From Eledone cirrhosa (lineage: Eukaryota), in NCBI GenBank assembly GCA_964016885.1, contig OZ024751.1:22382001-22446000 (forward strand): 64,000 bases of DNA. Direction: 5' to 3'. Positions within the stretch are counted from its first letter, which is position 1. Each line of letters begins with the position of its first letter. Shown here one piece after another: positions 1 to 12,599 of this stretch. The translations under genes and the position numbers were made by a program. The notes below the pieces were generated by a model, which saw only the letters and a list, made by a program, of their open reading frames with translations, made no database searches and was not told the DNA's origin.

Positions 1-83
1 AATACATATGTTTTTTTTTTCTCAAAAATAATTTTTTAAGCTTTTTCCTCTTATTTTTATTTCCTCTTTTATTTCTAATTTTA

Positions 84-119
84 TCTTCTGAAGAAGGACT
101 ATTGCCTGAAACGTTAAGA
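84..119 (+). ncRNA. Minimal hammerhead motif (family H1, copy 1) in a short element extending to about 207
   Basis: TCTT-CTGAAGA-AGG-ACTATTG-CCT-GAAA-CG-TT-AAGA. Helix I TCTT/AAGA, helix II AGG/CCT, palindromic helix III remnant. The downstream tail is homologous to copies 2 and 3 and ends at TA repeats. Confidence 0.65.
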
Positions 120-1876
120 CTCTTTTCCTACTATATCAAGCATTAATCTAATATATTTCTTCATTGTACTGTGTCATTTGCTTTGTTGTTTCTATTTACT
201 TCTTGCATATATAAATAATGCATTACTTGTTTTACTTCTTACGTTATACTAGATTGCCACTAATTTATAATAATTAACACAGTAATTTATTATAATTAAC
301 ACAATAATTTATTATAATTAACACAGTAATTTATTATAATTAACACAATAATTTATTATAATTAACAGTAATTAAGTTAAACTAACAGTTGCTGTATATC
401 TTGATATCCATTCATTCTTTTCATTTCAATTTCTAAGTCTGTGTCTTGTTAATCAGCTTCTATCACAATTTCACTACAGATGGCGCTACTACAACTTAAT
501 CTTCCCCCACACCCTCCCCACTCCTCCTCCCCCAACATGGTCTTTACTTACCATCAGTTTTCATTAAGATTTCCAATCTTTAACACCTGTCTGTTCACTT
601 CACTTTCTTCTTCATCAGTTGTTCAAGTATTCACAAAAGTATACATACACATGACCTAACCATCACCCAGCCACCACACCACCATTCCACAACCACCACC
701 ATACCATAACCACTACCGCCACTACCAATACAACACACTACCACAACCACCAGCACCATTACTCAACCACAACCATACAACCACCACCACCACCACCACC
801 ACCACCACACTACCACCACTACCACAACCACCAGCACTATCACTCAACAAGCACCACCACCTCCACCATCACTCAACTCCCATACCACCCAAATATTCCC
901 ATCAGCATTACCACCACCCAACCATCATCACCCCCACCCAACCACCATCACCAACACACAACCACCACCATCACCATTACCACTACCATCGCCGCCACAA
1001 ACACTACCACAAACACCGCCACCACCACCACCACCACCACAGTTAACAACACCACCAACCAAATGCTCCAGCATTACCACCACCATCACTGCCACCATTG
1101 CTACTAACTTCCCCCTCAACACCTCCACCAGCTCCCCCCCCCTCACCCCCCATCAAGCTTCGTCTACCTCCTACCCTGTCAACACCTCCACCAGTCCCCC
1201 CATCAAGCTTCGTCTACCTCCTACCCCGTCAACACCTCCACCAGCTCCCCCCTCACCCCCCATCAAGCTTCATCTACCTCCTACCCCGTCAACACCTCCA
1301 CCAGCTTCATCCCCCCCCTCTTTCACTACCTCAACCAGGCTTCTTCTTCAACCCCTCTGTCACCAACAGGCTTCATCTTTCTCTCCCTAAACCTCATTTA
1401 CCTCAATCAATCAATATTTTATATTGATCTATTGCGACGTGTGATAAACAGGAGGAGTTACTTGATCTTCCACAGTGATAAATATCTAGCATGGGTCGGA
1501 TGGGAAACCTTGAGACAATGTTTTACAGCTGGATGTCTTTACTGATGCCAACTCTTTTAGTCACCTCTTCCAACATACAGGCATACAGAGTACCTATTTG
1601 AAAAGTTGAGTACTCTTATGATTAGTGGCTTCGCTGATCTCAGCACTGCAGCTCCCCTCTCTCTCTCTCTATCATCATCATCATCATCATCACCAACATC
1701 GTTTGACGTCCATCTTCCATGCTAGCATGGGTTAGACGGTTTTGTTCCATTTGATGCGGGGAATGGTTGGGTGACTGTGTCTCGCTCGTACGGAAGTATA
1801 TATATATATATATGCACAAATATATATGTACACATACATGCACACACACATATATATGTGTATATATACACACAGT

Positions 1877-2040
1877 GAAGGCGTGTGGCTGGGTGGTTAG
1901 AGAATTGGATTCACAATCTTGAGGTTGTGAGTTTGATTACCGGATCAGGTGATGCGTTATGTCCTTGAGCAAGACACTTTATTTTACATCCTTCTGCCTG
2001 GAGTTGCAACTGACAAATAGTATTAGCAATTTGAAAGACG
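1877..2040 (+). mobile_element. tRNA-derived CORE-type SINE family B (OR1/OR2-like); other copies at 11495-11960, 17350-17498 (minus), 20330-20470 (minus), 27245-27372 (minus), 32725-32830 (minus), 33575-33780, 48390-48527 (minus), 53875-54070
   Basis: tRNA-like head tggct.ggtggttagag..gtgagttt/cgat, with CORE-like gtccttgagcaagacacttt. Confidence 0.75.
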
Positions 2041-2065
2041 AATGGAAACATGGGTTAGACAAGTT

Positions 2066-2572
2066 GACACCAGCACTATCACATTGCAGTGTGGGCTAGG
2101 TGCTTTTTATCATGACACCAGCACTACCACATTACAGTGTGGGCTAGGTGCTTTTTATCATGACACCAACACTACCATATTACAGTGTGGGCTAGGTGCT
2201 TTTTATCATAACACCAGCACTATCACATTACAGTGTGGGCTAGGTGTTTTTTTATCATGACACCAACACTACCATATTACAGTGTGGGCTAGGTGCTTTT
2301 TATCATAACACCAGCACTATCACATTACAGTGTGGGCTAGGTGCTTTTTATCATGACACCAACACTACCACATTACAGTGTGGGCTAGGTGCTTTTTATC
2401 ATAACACCAGCACTATCACATTACAGTGTGGGCTAGGTGCTTTTTATAATGACACCAGCACTACCACATTACAGTGTGGGCTAGGTGCTTTTTATCATGA
2501 CACCAATACTACCACATTACAGTGTGGGCTAGGTACTTTTTATCATGACACCAGCACTACCACTTTAGTGTG
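2066..2572 (+). repeat. 48-bp minisatellite (about 10.5 copies)
   Basis: Unit acaccagcactaccacattacagtgtgggctaggtgctttttatcatg. Confidence 0.95.
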
Positions 2573-3639
2573 AATTGAACACATTCAGCATGTCTTGTTT
2601 ATTGCAATTGAATGTTTGAAAATAAATTAAATAGCTAAATAAAAGGAGGAGGGTGGATGTGGTGGGGGTAGGTTTGTGTGTGTGGTGAGGGTAAGTGAGT
2701 GTTTGAGTTGTATGTGGTGGCAGTAGGTATGTTTTGTGTGTGTGTGTGAGTGCAGGTGTGTGAGGGAAGGTGTGTGAGGGCAGGTGTATGTGTGGAATGT
2801 GTATGTGTGTGATGAAAATGGGTAGTTTTGAGACATGTTTGATTATTTTTAAGTTTTAAGAGAAAATAAGAAAAGTGTTTGTGTGTGTGTGTGGGTGTGT
2901 GTGTGTGTGGGGGGGGGGGGGGCTGTTATGTAAATTAATGATGAGATAAGCAAATGAGTGAAAAATAAATAGATAGATAGATAGATAAATGAGATGAGAT
3001 GAAAATGTGTTTGGAAAGTGAAGTGAAATGAAAGTGGAAATGAAACATGAGACAAGAATACAACAAAAACAACCAGTACAACAACAATAACCCTCATCAC
3101 CACCTCCACCACAACAATAACAATATAACCATCACCACAACAACCATAACAGCAATAACAACAACAATAACAACCCCAACAACCACCACAACAGCAATAA
3201 CAGCAACAATAACAAACACCATTACAACAACCACAACAGTAATAACAATAGCAATCCCAACAACAACAACAAGAACAGCAACAACCACACAACAGTAAAT
3301 AACAATAACAACCACAGCAAGAACAAAAACAATAGCAACAACAACAACAATGCTAACAACAACTACAATAAGTACTACTACCAAGACAACATCCCCAATA
3401 ACCACCACCACCACCACCACCACAATAACAAAAACAACATATGTATATGTATATATATATATATATATAAACACAAACAAAAAGATTAAAACTTTTAATT
3501 AATATGAATGAGTTTTTCTTTGTCAAATAAAATAATTAAAAAATTTTTAATAACAAATCTTTGAAAATCTCATTAAAAATATATTCAAAGATACAAAAGG
3601 ACCAAAATTCTTAAACTCCTTATTCTTCCAAACAAAGTA

Positions 3640-4290
3640 AAGCCCTACTCTATCTTCTATGAAACCCTACACCAAACCCTAACTCTTACCAAAACCCTAA
3701 CTCTAATGAAAAACCTTCCAAAGATGTTTCGGAAAAAAGCCCTTTACATACACACAAATGCATCAGGTTATCAAAGACTGTGACAATTGTAAAATGGAAT
3801 CTACTCCTTTCTCCAGGAATTCCTCCCTGACCCAAACCCTAAACAAAAACCCTAATCGAGAACCCTTCAAAGATGTTTAAAACGATAAAAGCCCTTTGCA
3901 AAAATGTATTAGGTTCTCAGCGAATATGATAATCGTAAGCTAGAACCCTCTCTTTCCTCCCTAATCCCTAACCCCAATGAAGCCTACTCCTTCCTCTTCG
4001 AAATCCCACAACTCCCCCACTAACCTTAATTGAAAACCTTTCAAGAAAGAGGCCCTTCACAAAAATGCATCAAGTTATCAGAGAATCTAACAATTGTAAA
4101 ATGGAACCCTCTCCTTCCTAACCAAATTCCTCCCTAAACCCTAACCCAAATGAAGCCTACTCCATCTACAAAACACACCCCTCAAATCCCCACTAACCTT
4201 AACCTTAATTGAAAACCTTTCAAGAAAAAGGCCCTTCACAAAAATGCATCAGGTTCTTGGAGAAGTTGATAATTGTAAAATGGTAATGAG
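3640..4290. repeat. Degenerate tandem repeat of about 170-190 bp (about 4 units) with scattered CCCTAA motifs
   Basis: gaaaacctt(t/c)caa..gccctt..aaaatgcatcaggtt..aattgtaaaatgga recurs four times. Confidence 0.75.
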
Positions 4291-4384
4291 GAATTTACTG
4301 GGGAACATAATAGAGAAAAGGAAAGAAGATATATGTGACGTTGACAAATAAGGGATTGAAATGGTTAATGGTAGTGACAACAAT

Positions 4385-5269
4385 GTCGGTGGTGGTGGTG
4401 GTGGTGGTGGTGGTGGTGGTGTTGTTGGTGGTGGTGGTGGTGTTGTTGGTAGTGGTGGTGGTGGTGGTGTTGTTGGTGGTGGTGGTGGTGGTGGTGGTGG
4501 TGGTGGTGGTGGTGTTGTTGGTAGTGGTGATGGTGGTGGTGGTGGTGGTGTTGGTGGTGGTGTTGGTGGTGGTGTTGGTGGTGGTGGTGATGTTGGTGGT
4601 GGTGGTGGTGGTGGTGGTGTTGGTGGTAGTGGTGGTGGTGGTGGTGGTGGTGTTGGTGATGATGGTGGTGGTGTTGGTGGTGGTGGTGGTGTTGTTGGTA
4701 GTGGTGGTGGTGGTGTTGTTGGTGGTGGTGGTGGTGGTGTTGGTGGTGGTGTTGTTGGTAGTGGTGGTGGTGGTGGTGTTGTTGGTAGTGGTGGTGGTGG
4801 TGGTGTTGTTGGTGGTGGTGGTGGTGTTGTTGGTAGTGGTGGTGGTGGTGGTGTTGTTGGTAGTGGTGGTGGTGGTGGTGTTGGTGGTGTTGTTGGTAGT
4901 GGTGGTGGTGGTGGTGTTGTTGGTAGTGGTGGTGGTGGTGGTAGTGGTGGTGATGGTAACAGCTGTGGTGGTGGAGGTAATGGTAGTGGTGGTGGTGGTG
5001 GTGATGGTGGTGGCAGTAGTGGTGGAGGTAGTGCTGGTGGTAATGGTGGGTGGTAGTTGTGGTTCTAGTGATGGTGGTTATGGTGGTAGTTGCAGTAGTG
5101 ATGGCTGCAGTGGTGGTGGTGTTGGTGGTAGTGATGGTGGTGTTGTTGGTAGTAGTGTTGTTGTTGTTGGTGGTGGTGGTAGTAGTAGTAATGGCAGTAG
5201 TGGTGGTGGTAGTGATGGTAATAATTGTGGTAGTAACGGTAGTAGAGGTAGTGGCGGTAGTGGTGGTGA

Positions 5270-5302
<33 letters not shown>

Positions 5303-5354
5303 TAATGGAGGTAGTAGTAGTAGTGGCGGTAGTGGTGGTAGTGGTAGTAGTGGC

Positions 5355-5385
<31 letters not shown>

Positions 5386-6672
5386 ATAGTAGTGGTAGTA
5401 GTAGTAATAGTAGTGGTAGTAGTAGTGGTAGTAGTAGTGGCGGTAGTGGTGGTGGTAGTAGTAGTAGTAGTGGTAGTAACGGTGGTAGTAGTAGTAGTAG
5501 TGGCGGTAGTAACGGTGGTAGTAGTAGTAGTGGCGGTAGTAACGGTGGTAGTAGTAGTAGTAGTGGTAGTAACGGTGGTAGTAGTAGTAGTAGTAGTGGC
5601 GGTGGTAGTAGTAGTAGTGGTAGTAACGGTGGTAGTAGTAGTAGTGGCGGTGGTAGTAGTAGTAGTGGTAGTAACGGTGGTAGTAGTAGTAGTAACGGTG
5701 GTGGTAGTGGTAGTAGTAGTGGTAGTAGTGGTGGTAGTAGTGGCGGTAGTGGTGGTGGTAGTGGAAGTAGTGGCGGTGGTAGTAGTAGTAGTAATAGTAA
5801 CGGTGGTAGTAGTGGTAGTAGTGGTAGTAGTGGTAGTAGTAGTAGTAGTAGTGGCGGTAGTGGTGGTGGTAGTGGTAGTGGAAGTAGTGGCGGTGGTAGT
5901 AGTAGTAGTAGTAGTAACGGTGGTAGTAGTGGTAGTAGTATTAGCCACAACATGGATGGATTTGACTGTTGGTTACCGTGGAAACAACACGAAAGGTTTC
6001 GAAGAAAATGAAGAACTGCAGAGAATCAATTTAAGGAAAATGGAAATAGATGGTGGAGGTGGGGTGGTGGGTGTGGTGGAGGTGGTAGGTGAGGTGGTGG
6101 TGGTAGGATGGTGTGGTGGTGGTGGTGGTGGTAGGATGGTGTGCTGGTGGTGGTGGTAGGATGGTGTGGTGGTGGTGGTAGTGGTAGGATGGTGTGGTGG
6201 TGGTGAGATGGTAGGGTGGTGGTTGGTGTGGTGGTGGCATGAGGTGGTGGAGGTGGTGGTGTGGTGTGGTGGTGGTGGGATGGAGGTGGTAGTGGGATGG
6301 TGTGGTGGTGGTGTGGTGGTGGTGGTGTAAGTGTGGTGCTGGTGGTGGGGAGATGGTGTGGTGGAGGTGGTGGTAGTGGTGGTGGTGTGGTGGTGGTGGT
6401 GTAAGTGTGGTGCTGGTGGTGGGGAGATGGTGTGGTGGAGGTGGTGGTAGTGGTGGTGGTGTGGTGGTGGTGGTGTAAGTGTGGTGCTGGTGGTGGGGAG
6501 ATGGTGTGGTGGAGGTGGTGGTAGTGGGTGGGGTGGTGGTGGTGTAAGTGTGGTGCTGGTGGTGGGGAGATGGTGTGGTGGAGGTGGTGGTAGTGGGTGT
6601 GGTGGTGGTGGTGGTGTCAGTGTGGTGGTGGTGCTGATAGTAGAGGTAGAGGTGGAGATGGTGGTGGTGGTT
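4385..6672. repeat. (GGT)n/(AGT)n compound trinucleotide low-complexity tract
   Basis: Seen directly; source of the poly-V/G/S/T/H ORFs. Confidence 0.95.
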
Positions 6673-6945
6673 GCGTTGTTATAGTTTAGCATTAATTTTA
6701 TACACAGAGGGAGTATGAGAGAGAGTGTCTGTTTTGAGAGAGAAAGAGAGAGAGAGAGATGGTATAGTGTGGAGGGGGGAGAGGAGAGTAACTCACATGT
6801 TGGTTCAGTAGTCAACTATTGTTGTTGTTGTTTAACCCTAGGAGAATCCTGACTGATCAGACCTATGATCAAAGATAATCCAGCCATGACCATCCTATCT
6901 TTTAAAATGACAAGTATATACACACACACGTTATATATATATATA

Positions 6946-7131
6946 GGCGGTGGATTGGCAGTATCAGTAAAGGGTCGGACGCCATGCTTTCCAGCATAGT
7001 TACGTCCCTTTATGATCTGAGTTCAAATCCCACCGAGGTTGACTTTGCCTTTCATCCTTACGGGGTCGATAAAATAAAGTACCAGTAATGCACTGGGTAA
7101 TTTGCTGGCCTTGTGCCTAAAGTAGAAACAG
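6946..7131 (+). mobile_element. tRNA-derived SINE family A (octopus OK/Meta-core-like), full-length copy
   Basis: A-box-like TGGCAGTATCAGTA, B-box GAGTTCAAATCCC, core tttgcctttcatccttacggggtcgataaaataaagtaccag, tail ggccttgtgcctaaagtagaaaca. The family name is from recall, not a search. Confidence 0.85.
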
Positions 7132-7169
7132 TTATATATATATATATATACATATATACATATACAGAT

Positions 7170-7300
7170 TTAACTGGTCTTAATCTAGTAAGACCATTAT
7201 TCAACAGAGTGCTTGATGCTTGCAATAGTAGAGTGTGACTATATTAGCAAGAGTTGGGGCCCTATGGCTGAGCTCTTGCTGTTTTGACAACTAACTCCAG
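7170..7300 (-). mobile_element. Old family H3-related copy
   Basis: ggggccctatggctgagctcttgctgttttgacaacta resembles the H3 arm; agtagagtgtgactat resembles the reverse complement of the tail. Confidence 0.45.
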
Positions 7301-7316
7301 ACACACACACACATAT

Positions 7317-7648
7317 ATTTGTTTCTACTTTTGGCACAAGGCCAGCAATTATCCCAGTGCATTACTGGTACTTTATTTTATCGACTCCGTAAGGATGAAA
7401 GGCAAAGTTAATCTCGGCGGGATTTAAACACAGATCATAAAGGGAGGTAACTCTATGCTTCAAAGCATGGCGTCCGACTTTCTACCGATACTGCCAATCC
7501 AATAATAATAATAATTGTTTCCACTTTTGGCACAAGGCCATCAATTACCCAGTGCATTACTGGTACTTTATTTTATCAACCCCGTAAGGATGAAAGGCAA
7601 AGTTAACCTCAGCGGGATTTGAACTCAGACCGTAAAGGGACGTAACTA
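7317..7648 (-). mobile_element. Two SINE A copies (7317-7500, 7513-7648)
   Basis: Reverse complement of the same consensus. Confidence 0.85.
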
Positions 7649-7795
7649 TATATAATAATAATAATAATATTATTTATAGTTATATATATACTATATACAA
7701 CTATAAACAGGAAAGGTCAGTAACTCATTACCACCTTATTACCAGTAAGAAAAATAGCTCAATGTAAATACATCAGATGTTTTACAGAGCAGGAA

Positions 7796-8136
7796 TATAA
7801 ATTACACAATAATCAAAACTATGTTCAAATTATTTTATTGCTGACAATCGTTTCTTCCAAACTTTCGTTTGGAATCATCTGAGCATTGGCAAAGTTTAGA
7901 CATATAATTAACTTTCTATTCAACTGAAAAATCATATAGATACATGGATATTAATGTTGTCATCAACAGTTTCGTATTTACAGAGTGGAATGCATGCGAC
8001 AGAGATTACAAGGGAATAGTATAATAGCTAATTATATGTCCAAACTTAGCTAGTGCTCCAATGATTCCAAACTTTCGTTTGGAAGAAACGATTGTCAGCA
8101 ATAAAATGATTTGAACATAGTTTTGCTGATTGTGTA

Positions 8137-8142
<6 letters not shown>
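7796..8142. mobile_element. Fold-back element with two inverted hammerhead-like motifs (family H4)
   Basis: About 120-bp inverted arms. Minus 7885-7839: TGCT-CAGATGA-TTCCAAAC-GAAA-GTTTGGAA-GAAA-CGATTG-TC-AGCA. Plus 8054-8100: TGCT-CCAATGA-TTCCAAAC-TTTC-GTTTGGAA-GAAA-CGATTG-TC-AGCA. The right end abuts (TA)n. Confidence 0.75.
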
Positions 8143-8175
<33 letters not shown>

Positions 8176-8824
8176 TATATATATATAAATATATATATAT
8201 AGAGAGAGAGAGGGATATTGCTTCACATAAATTAGATAGTATGGCTTGAGTTTACCAACATATACATAACATTACATAAATAATGGTACACTTACCTACA
8301 CACAGACGCATGCACACACACAGATACACAGACACACATCCAGAGGTACATACACTCACACTCAGAGATAAACACACACATAAATATACTCACACATATC
8401 CAGAGATACACAGACCCCCCCCCTAACCACACATACATACATATACATACATTTATTTATGTTGGAGCAGTCTCGGTTACACACTTTGTATTTAAACAGA
8501 TATAACTTTATCATACACTTCAGCTGCTAGTATACCAAAATGTTTTATATATATATATACCAACACATTACAACTTTAGATCAGTTTGGCAATTGCTACT
8601 GATGAATGCGAGAAACTTCTCTAGAAAGTTAACCAGGATTTAAAAAAACAACTTTCCACTGAAGTTAACAAAGGACTTATTACATCTACATAGCAAAATT
8701 ATAAAATTATAAAGATACAAAATTAAATTGCTATAGAATACCAACTACAAGTGAAGTCATTCTTTTCCTTTTTTCAAATATATATATATATATAAATTTG
8801 CACTATATATATATTCCTGTTTAC

Positions 8825-8865
<41 letters not shown>

Positions 8866-8946
8866 ATGATAGCGTGGAAGATAGACGTTAAACGATGATG
8901 ATGATGATATATATATATATATATTTATATATTTCTGTTTACCTTT

Positions 8947-8977
<31 letters not shown>

Positions 8978-9059
8978 ATGCTAGCGTGGAAGATAGACGT
9001 TAAACGATGATGATGATATATATATATATATATATATTTATATATTTCTGTTTACCTTT

Positions 9060-9135
<76 letters not shown>

Positions 9136-9203
9136 AGTATGATCAACATAAGAATAAAAGAGTTGAGCAATAACAAAGAAATGCCATTCATTGTATTACT
9201 TAC

Positions 9204-9485
9204 ATTTCACTTCAAGCCTTACAGAGGCAGTTTTGGGCCGTCCAATGACTGTGTGAGATAATTTGTTTTCAGCTTGACATATAACAGTCCTTCGGTGTTC
9301 CATGCGAGACACTGGATCAAATGTCAGTGTTTCTCCTTTGTGAATTAAATATCCCGATTCTGAGAGCCATTTATATTGCGTGTCTGGAGGATTTCCAGGT
9401 CTTGCGTGACATGTTAATGTTTGTACATCTCCTGCTATCCATGGTAAGCTGCTCTGGGATGTGATCTTTGGACTTCCTGGAGTAT
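9204..9485 (-). CDS. Internal exon (long-type Ig domain, L2); absent from the supplied ORF track
   Basis: Translated by hand. Acceptor tttattttttcAG|, donor |GTAAGT, 282 nt, phase 1-1: YTPGSPKITSQSSLPWIAGDVQTLTCHARPGNPPDTQYKWLSESGYLIHKGETLTFDPVSRMEHRRTVICQAENKLSHTVIGRPKTASVRLEVK. Paralogous to L1 (PW, C..GNPP..YxW, LTF..V.R..H, C.A.N). Confidence 0.92.
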
Positions 9486-9691
9486 CTGAAAAAATAAATC
9501 ATTGAAAAGAAAAAAATATATATATAAAGGAATAAAGAATATCATGGGGTTTCGAAAATATCAAATTTCTACTTTCACTTTCAATTTATTTAATCATCAT
9601 CATCAACTCTTAATGTCTTGTACCACATGAAACTACATTAGCAAGACTTTCTCTTGAAATGTATAAAAGTGCACTATGACTACATTTTATA

Positions 9692-9766
9692 CAGAGCACG
9701 ACAAAAGTAATGCTTTTTTTTTTTTATTTATTAACTTGAAAAAAGTATTACTTTTGCTACACCCTG
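9692..9766. mobile_element. Tiny Tc1/mariner-type MITE
   Basis: TA-cagagcacgacaaaagtaatgctttttt..aaaaaagtattacttttgctacaccctg-TA. Confidence 0.6.
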
Positions 9767-9819
9767 TATATATATATTAAAAAAAATGAAATTTTTGCAA
9801 CAACCTGTCAACTAGCAAG

Positions 9820-10198
9820 ATAATGTCAAAATTTAGTTATATTACAAAATTCCACCAAATTCTTTGATTATTTTGAAAATTATCTGAGAATCATAGGCAG
9901 TATCTTTCATTAAAAATATGATAATGGTAAAGTTAAATTATGCTCCAAACTCCAGTTAAATAATGACAAAATTTAGTTATATTTCTAAATCCCAACAAAT
10001 TCTTTGATTATATTCATAATTATCTGAAAATCATAGGCAGTGTCTTTCATTAAAAATATGGTAATACTCCAAACACCAGCTAAACTATTATAAATTTCAT
10101 TTCATTGCTAAATCCCCTAAATTTCATATCATTTTCAAAATTATTTGAAAATCATAGGCAGTGCCTTTCATTAGAAATATGACAATGAAAGGGTTAAA
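9820..10198. mobile_element. Internally triplicated fragment of a TTAA-ended (piggyBac-like) MITE; related pieces near 34275, 41950, 50135, 50550 and 61340-61480
   Basis: Three units of about 120-140 bp (aaattat.tgaaaatcataggcagt..ctttcatta.aaatatg) ending gaaagggTTAA. Confidence 0.45.
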
Positions 10199-10821
10199 GA
10201 AATTTTATTTAATATATTAATTTTTGGTCTTTATTGTAGTCATTTTTTTTTTCATTCTAAAATTCTAAAAGCTAATTCATGGATTTACTAAAATGAGTTT
10301 ATTTATTTATACTGTTAAAATACAGTTCTCTCTTGCCCTATACCACTCTAAACACCCATCACCCTAAAATAAAAGACATTCCTAAGCTGTTCTATGTCAA
10401 ATGTTAAATATTTAATGCCAATATCTGTTACATCTATCTCTTTGGCTTCCCATCCACATCAGAACGGTAAATACTTTGCCATTTAATAATTTATTAAATA
10501 ATAACTATCTTCCAAGATTTTCATTTGTCCTGTTGAATTATTAATAAGAAGTAAAATAGAACCCCCCACAAAAAACAAACAAACAAAAGAATGCCAAGCC
10601 CTATATAAAACCCAGTTCCATTCTTTATATTAATGGTAATGCAGAAATATATAATCTGATTAGACTTTTAGACTTGAGTGTTTTTCATGGAGACTACAGA
10701 GGAAAGGAATATTATATTTTAACATGCCTCTCATCAGAAAGGATGAACTGGGATAAAATAGAATAGAGAACACACCTTTATTAATTTTGTTTGTTTTTCA
10801 TTTTTTTTCTTTTAAATACTA

Positions 10822-11492
10822 TTCTATAAAGTGGTAGTGTTGGTGTCATGATAAAATAAACCCAGTACACTCTGTAAAGTGGTAGTGTTGGTGTCATGAT
10901 AAAATAAACCCAGTACACTCTGTAAAGTGGTAGTGTTGGTGTCATGATAAAATAAACCCAGTACACTCTGTAAAGTGGTAGTGTTGGTGTCATGATAAAA
11001 TAAACCCAGTACACTCTATAAAGTGGTAGTGTTGGTGTCATGATAAAATAAACCCAGTACACTCTGAAAAGTGGTAGTGTTGGTGTCATGATAAAATAAA
11101 ACCAGTACACTCTGTAAAGTGGTAGTGTTGGTGTCATGATAAAATAAACACAGTATACTGTGTAAAGTGGTAGTGTTGGTGTCATGATAAAATACACCCA
11201 GTATACTGTGTAAAGTGGTAGCGTTGGTGTCATGATAAAATACACCCAGTACACTTTGTAAAGTGGTAGCATAATGCCATGATAAAATGTACCCAGTACA
11301 ATCTGTAATGTAGTAGTGCTAGTATCACGGTGAAATACACCCCAGTACTCTTTGTAAAGTGGTAGTGTTAGTGTCATGATAGAATGCACCCAGTACATCT
11401 GTGAAGTGGTAGTATCATGATAAAATGAATCCAGTATACGTTGTAAAGTGTTAGTGTTAGTGTCATAAAATGCACCTAGTACACTCTGTAAA
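10822..11492 (-). repeat. 48-bp minisatellite (about 14 copies), inverted relative of the 2066-2572 array
   Basis: Unit tgtaaagtggtagtgttggtgtcatgataaaataaacccagtacactc, degenerating rightwards. Confidence 0.95.
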
Positions 11493-12394
11493 GAGCATAA
11501 TGTCGTAGTTTGATTCCTGGACTGGATGGTATGTTCTGTTCTTGAGCAAAACACTTCATTCCACATTGTTTCAGTATACTCAGCTGACAATGAAAACCTG
11601 TAATAGCTGTGGGGGTAACCTTGAGTTGGACTGGCATTCTGTCCAGGGGGGAGTCTTAGTACTCTTGGCTGCTTCATGTCACAGGAACTGGGATAAGCAC
11701 TGGGCTGATGCGCCTTCAAGCTTGAGACAAACTTTAACCCTGTGATGGACTGGCATCCTGTCCAGGAGGGAGTCTTGTATTTTCAGTCATTTAAGGCCAT
11801 GGAAACAAGGATAAGAACTGGCCTGATGAGTCTCTGGGCTTGTGACAAACTTTAACCTTGCAATGGACTGGCGTCCTGTCCAGGGGGAAGTTTTGTGCTC
11901 TCAGGTGCTTAATGCCGCAGAAACCAGGATGAGCCTCCATGCTTGAGACTGACTTTAGACTAATTAGTAGTAATTTAGTAATCCTAAGGACATTTTTAGC
12001 ATCAGTAAAGCAGGTATAGTTATTGAAAAATAAGTTTCCTTCCTGAAAATTTTACTTCCTGACAATTTCAATCTGAAAATGACTTTCCTACTGTGAGTGT
12101 ACTTTTAGTTGTGTGGTCAGAGGATAACTAACAAACAAAGCAAAGTAAAACATATTTTGCACTGCTGCTACTGTTGCTGCTGCTACCACTACTACTATTA
12201 TTACCTCTACTGTTATTACCACTAATACTACCACCACTACTGCTGCTATTTTTCTACAACTATAATGAAATTATCTGTAATACATACATATATACACACT
12301 GACACTCACACACACACACTCTCTCTTATATATACACACACACTCACATAATCTCTCACTCATACTTACACACACATACAAACACTCTTTATCA

Positions 12395-12435
<41 letters not shown>

Positions 12436-12599
12436 TCACACTCATACATATAACAGTATTCCACTGAGAAAGTCCATGTAAGTATAATCATGCAGAGATA
12501 AATGGTATCAGTCAGCACTTGGTATATTTTCAATATTAGCCCCCCCCCCTCCCCCTCCCCACATATATCAACTAATATAAGATAATTATAGAACTAATT

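Noticed and set aside
2066-2572. Regular 48-bp arrays as CRISPR or as repeat-protein genes (ORFs 2244-2573, 10781-11719)
   Set aside because: There are no unique spacers and no cas genes, and the context is eukaryotic. The unit is a multiple of 3 and derives from a dispersed repeat.
3640-4290. Interstitial telomere
   Set aside because: CCCTAA occurs only as isolated or paired motifs within a longer degenerate unit.
4335-6815. Long ORFs (up to 558 aa) of poly-V/G/S/T/H, likewise at 61933-63399, 31075-32230, 34472-35391 and the YI/CV/HT ORFs
   Set aside because: They are stop-free translations of microsatellites in several frames and on both strands, with no domain content or splice context.
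6946-7040. tRNA genes suggested by A/B-box-like motifs
   Set aside because: They are SINE heads; no cloverleaf can be formed.
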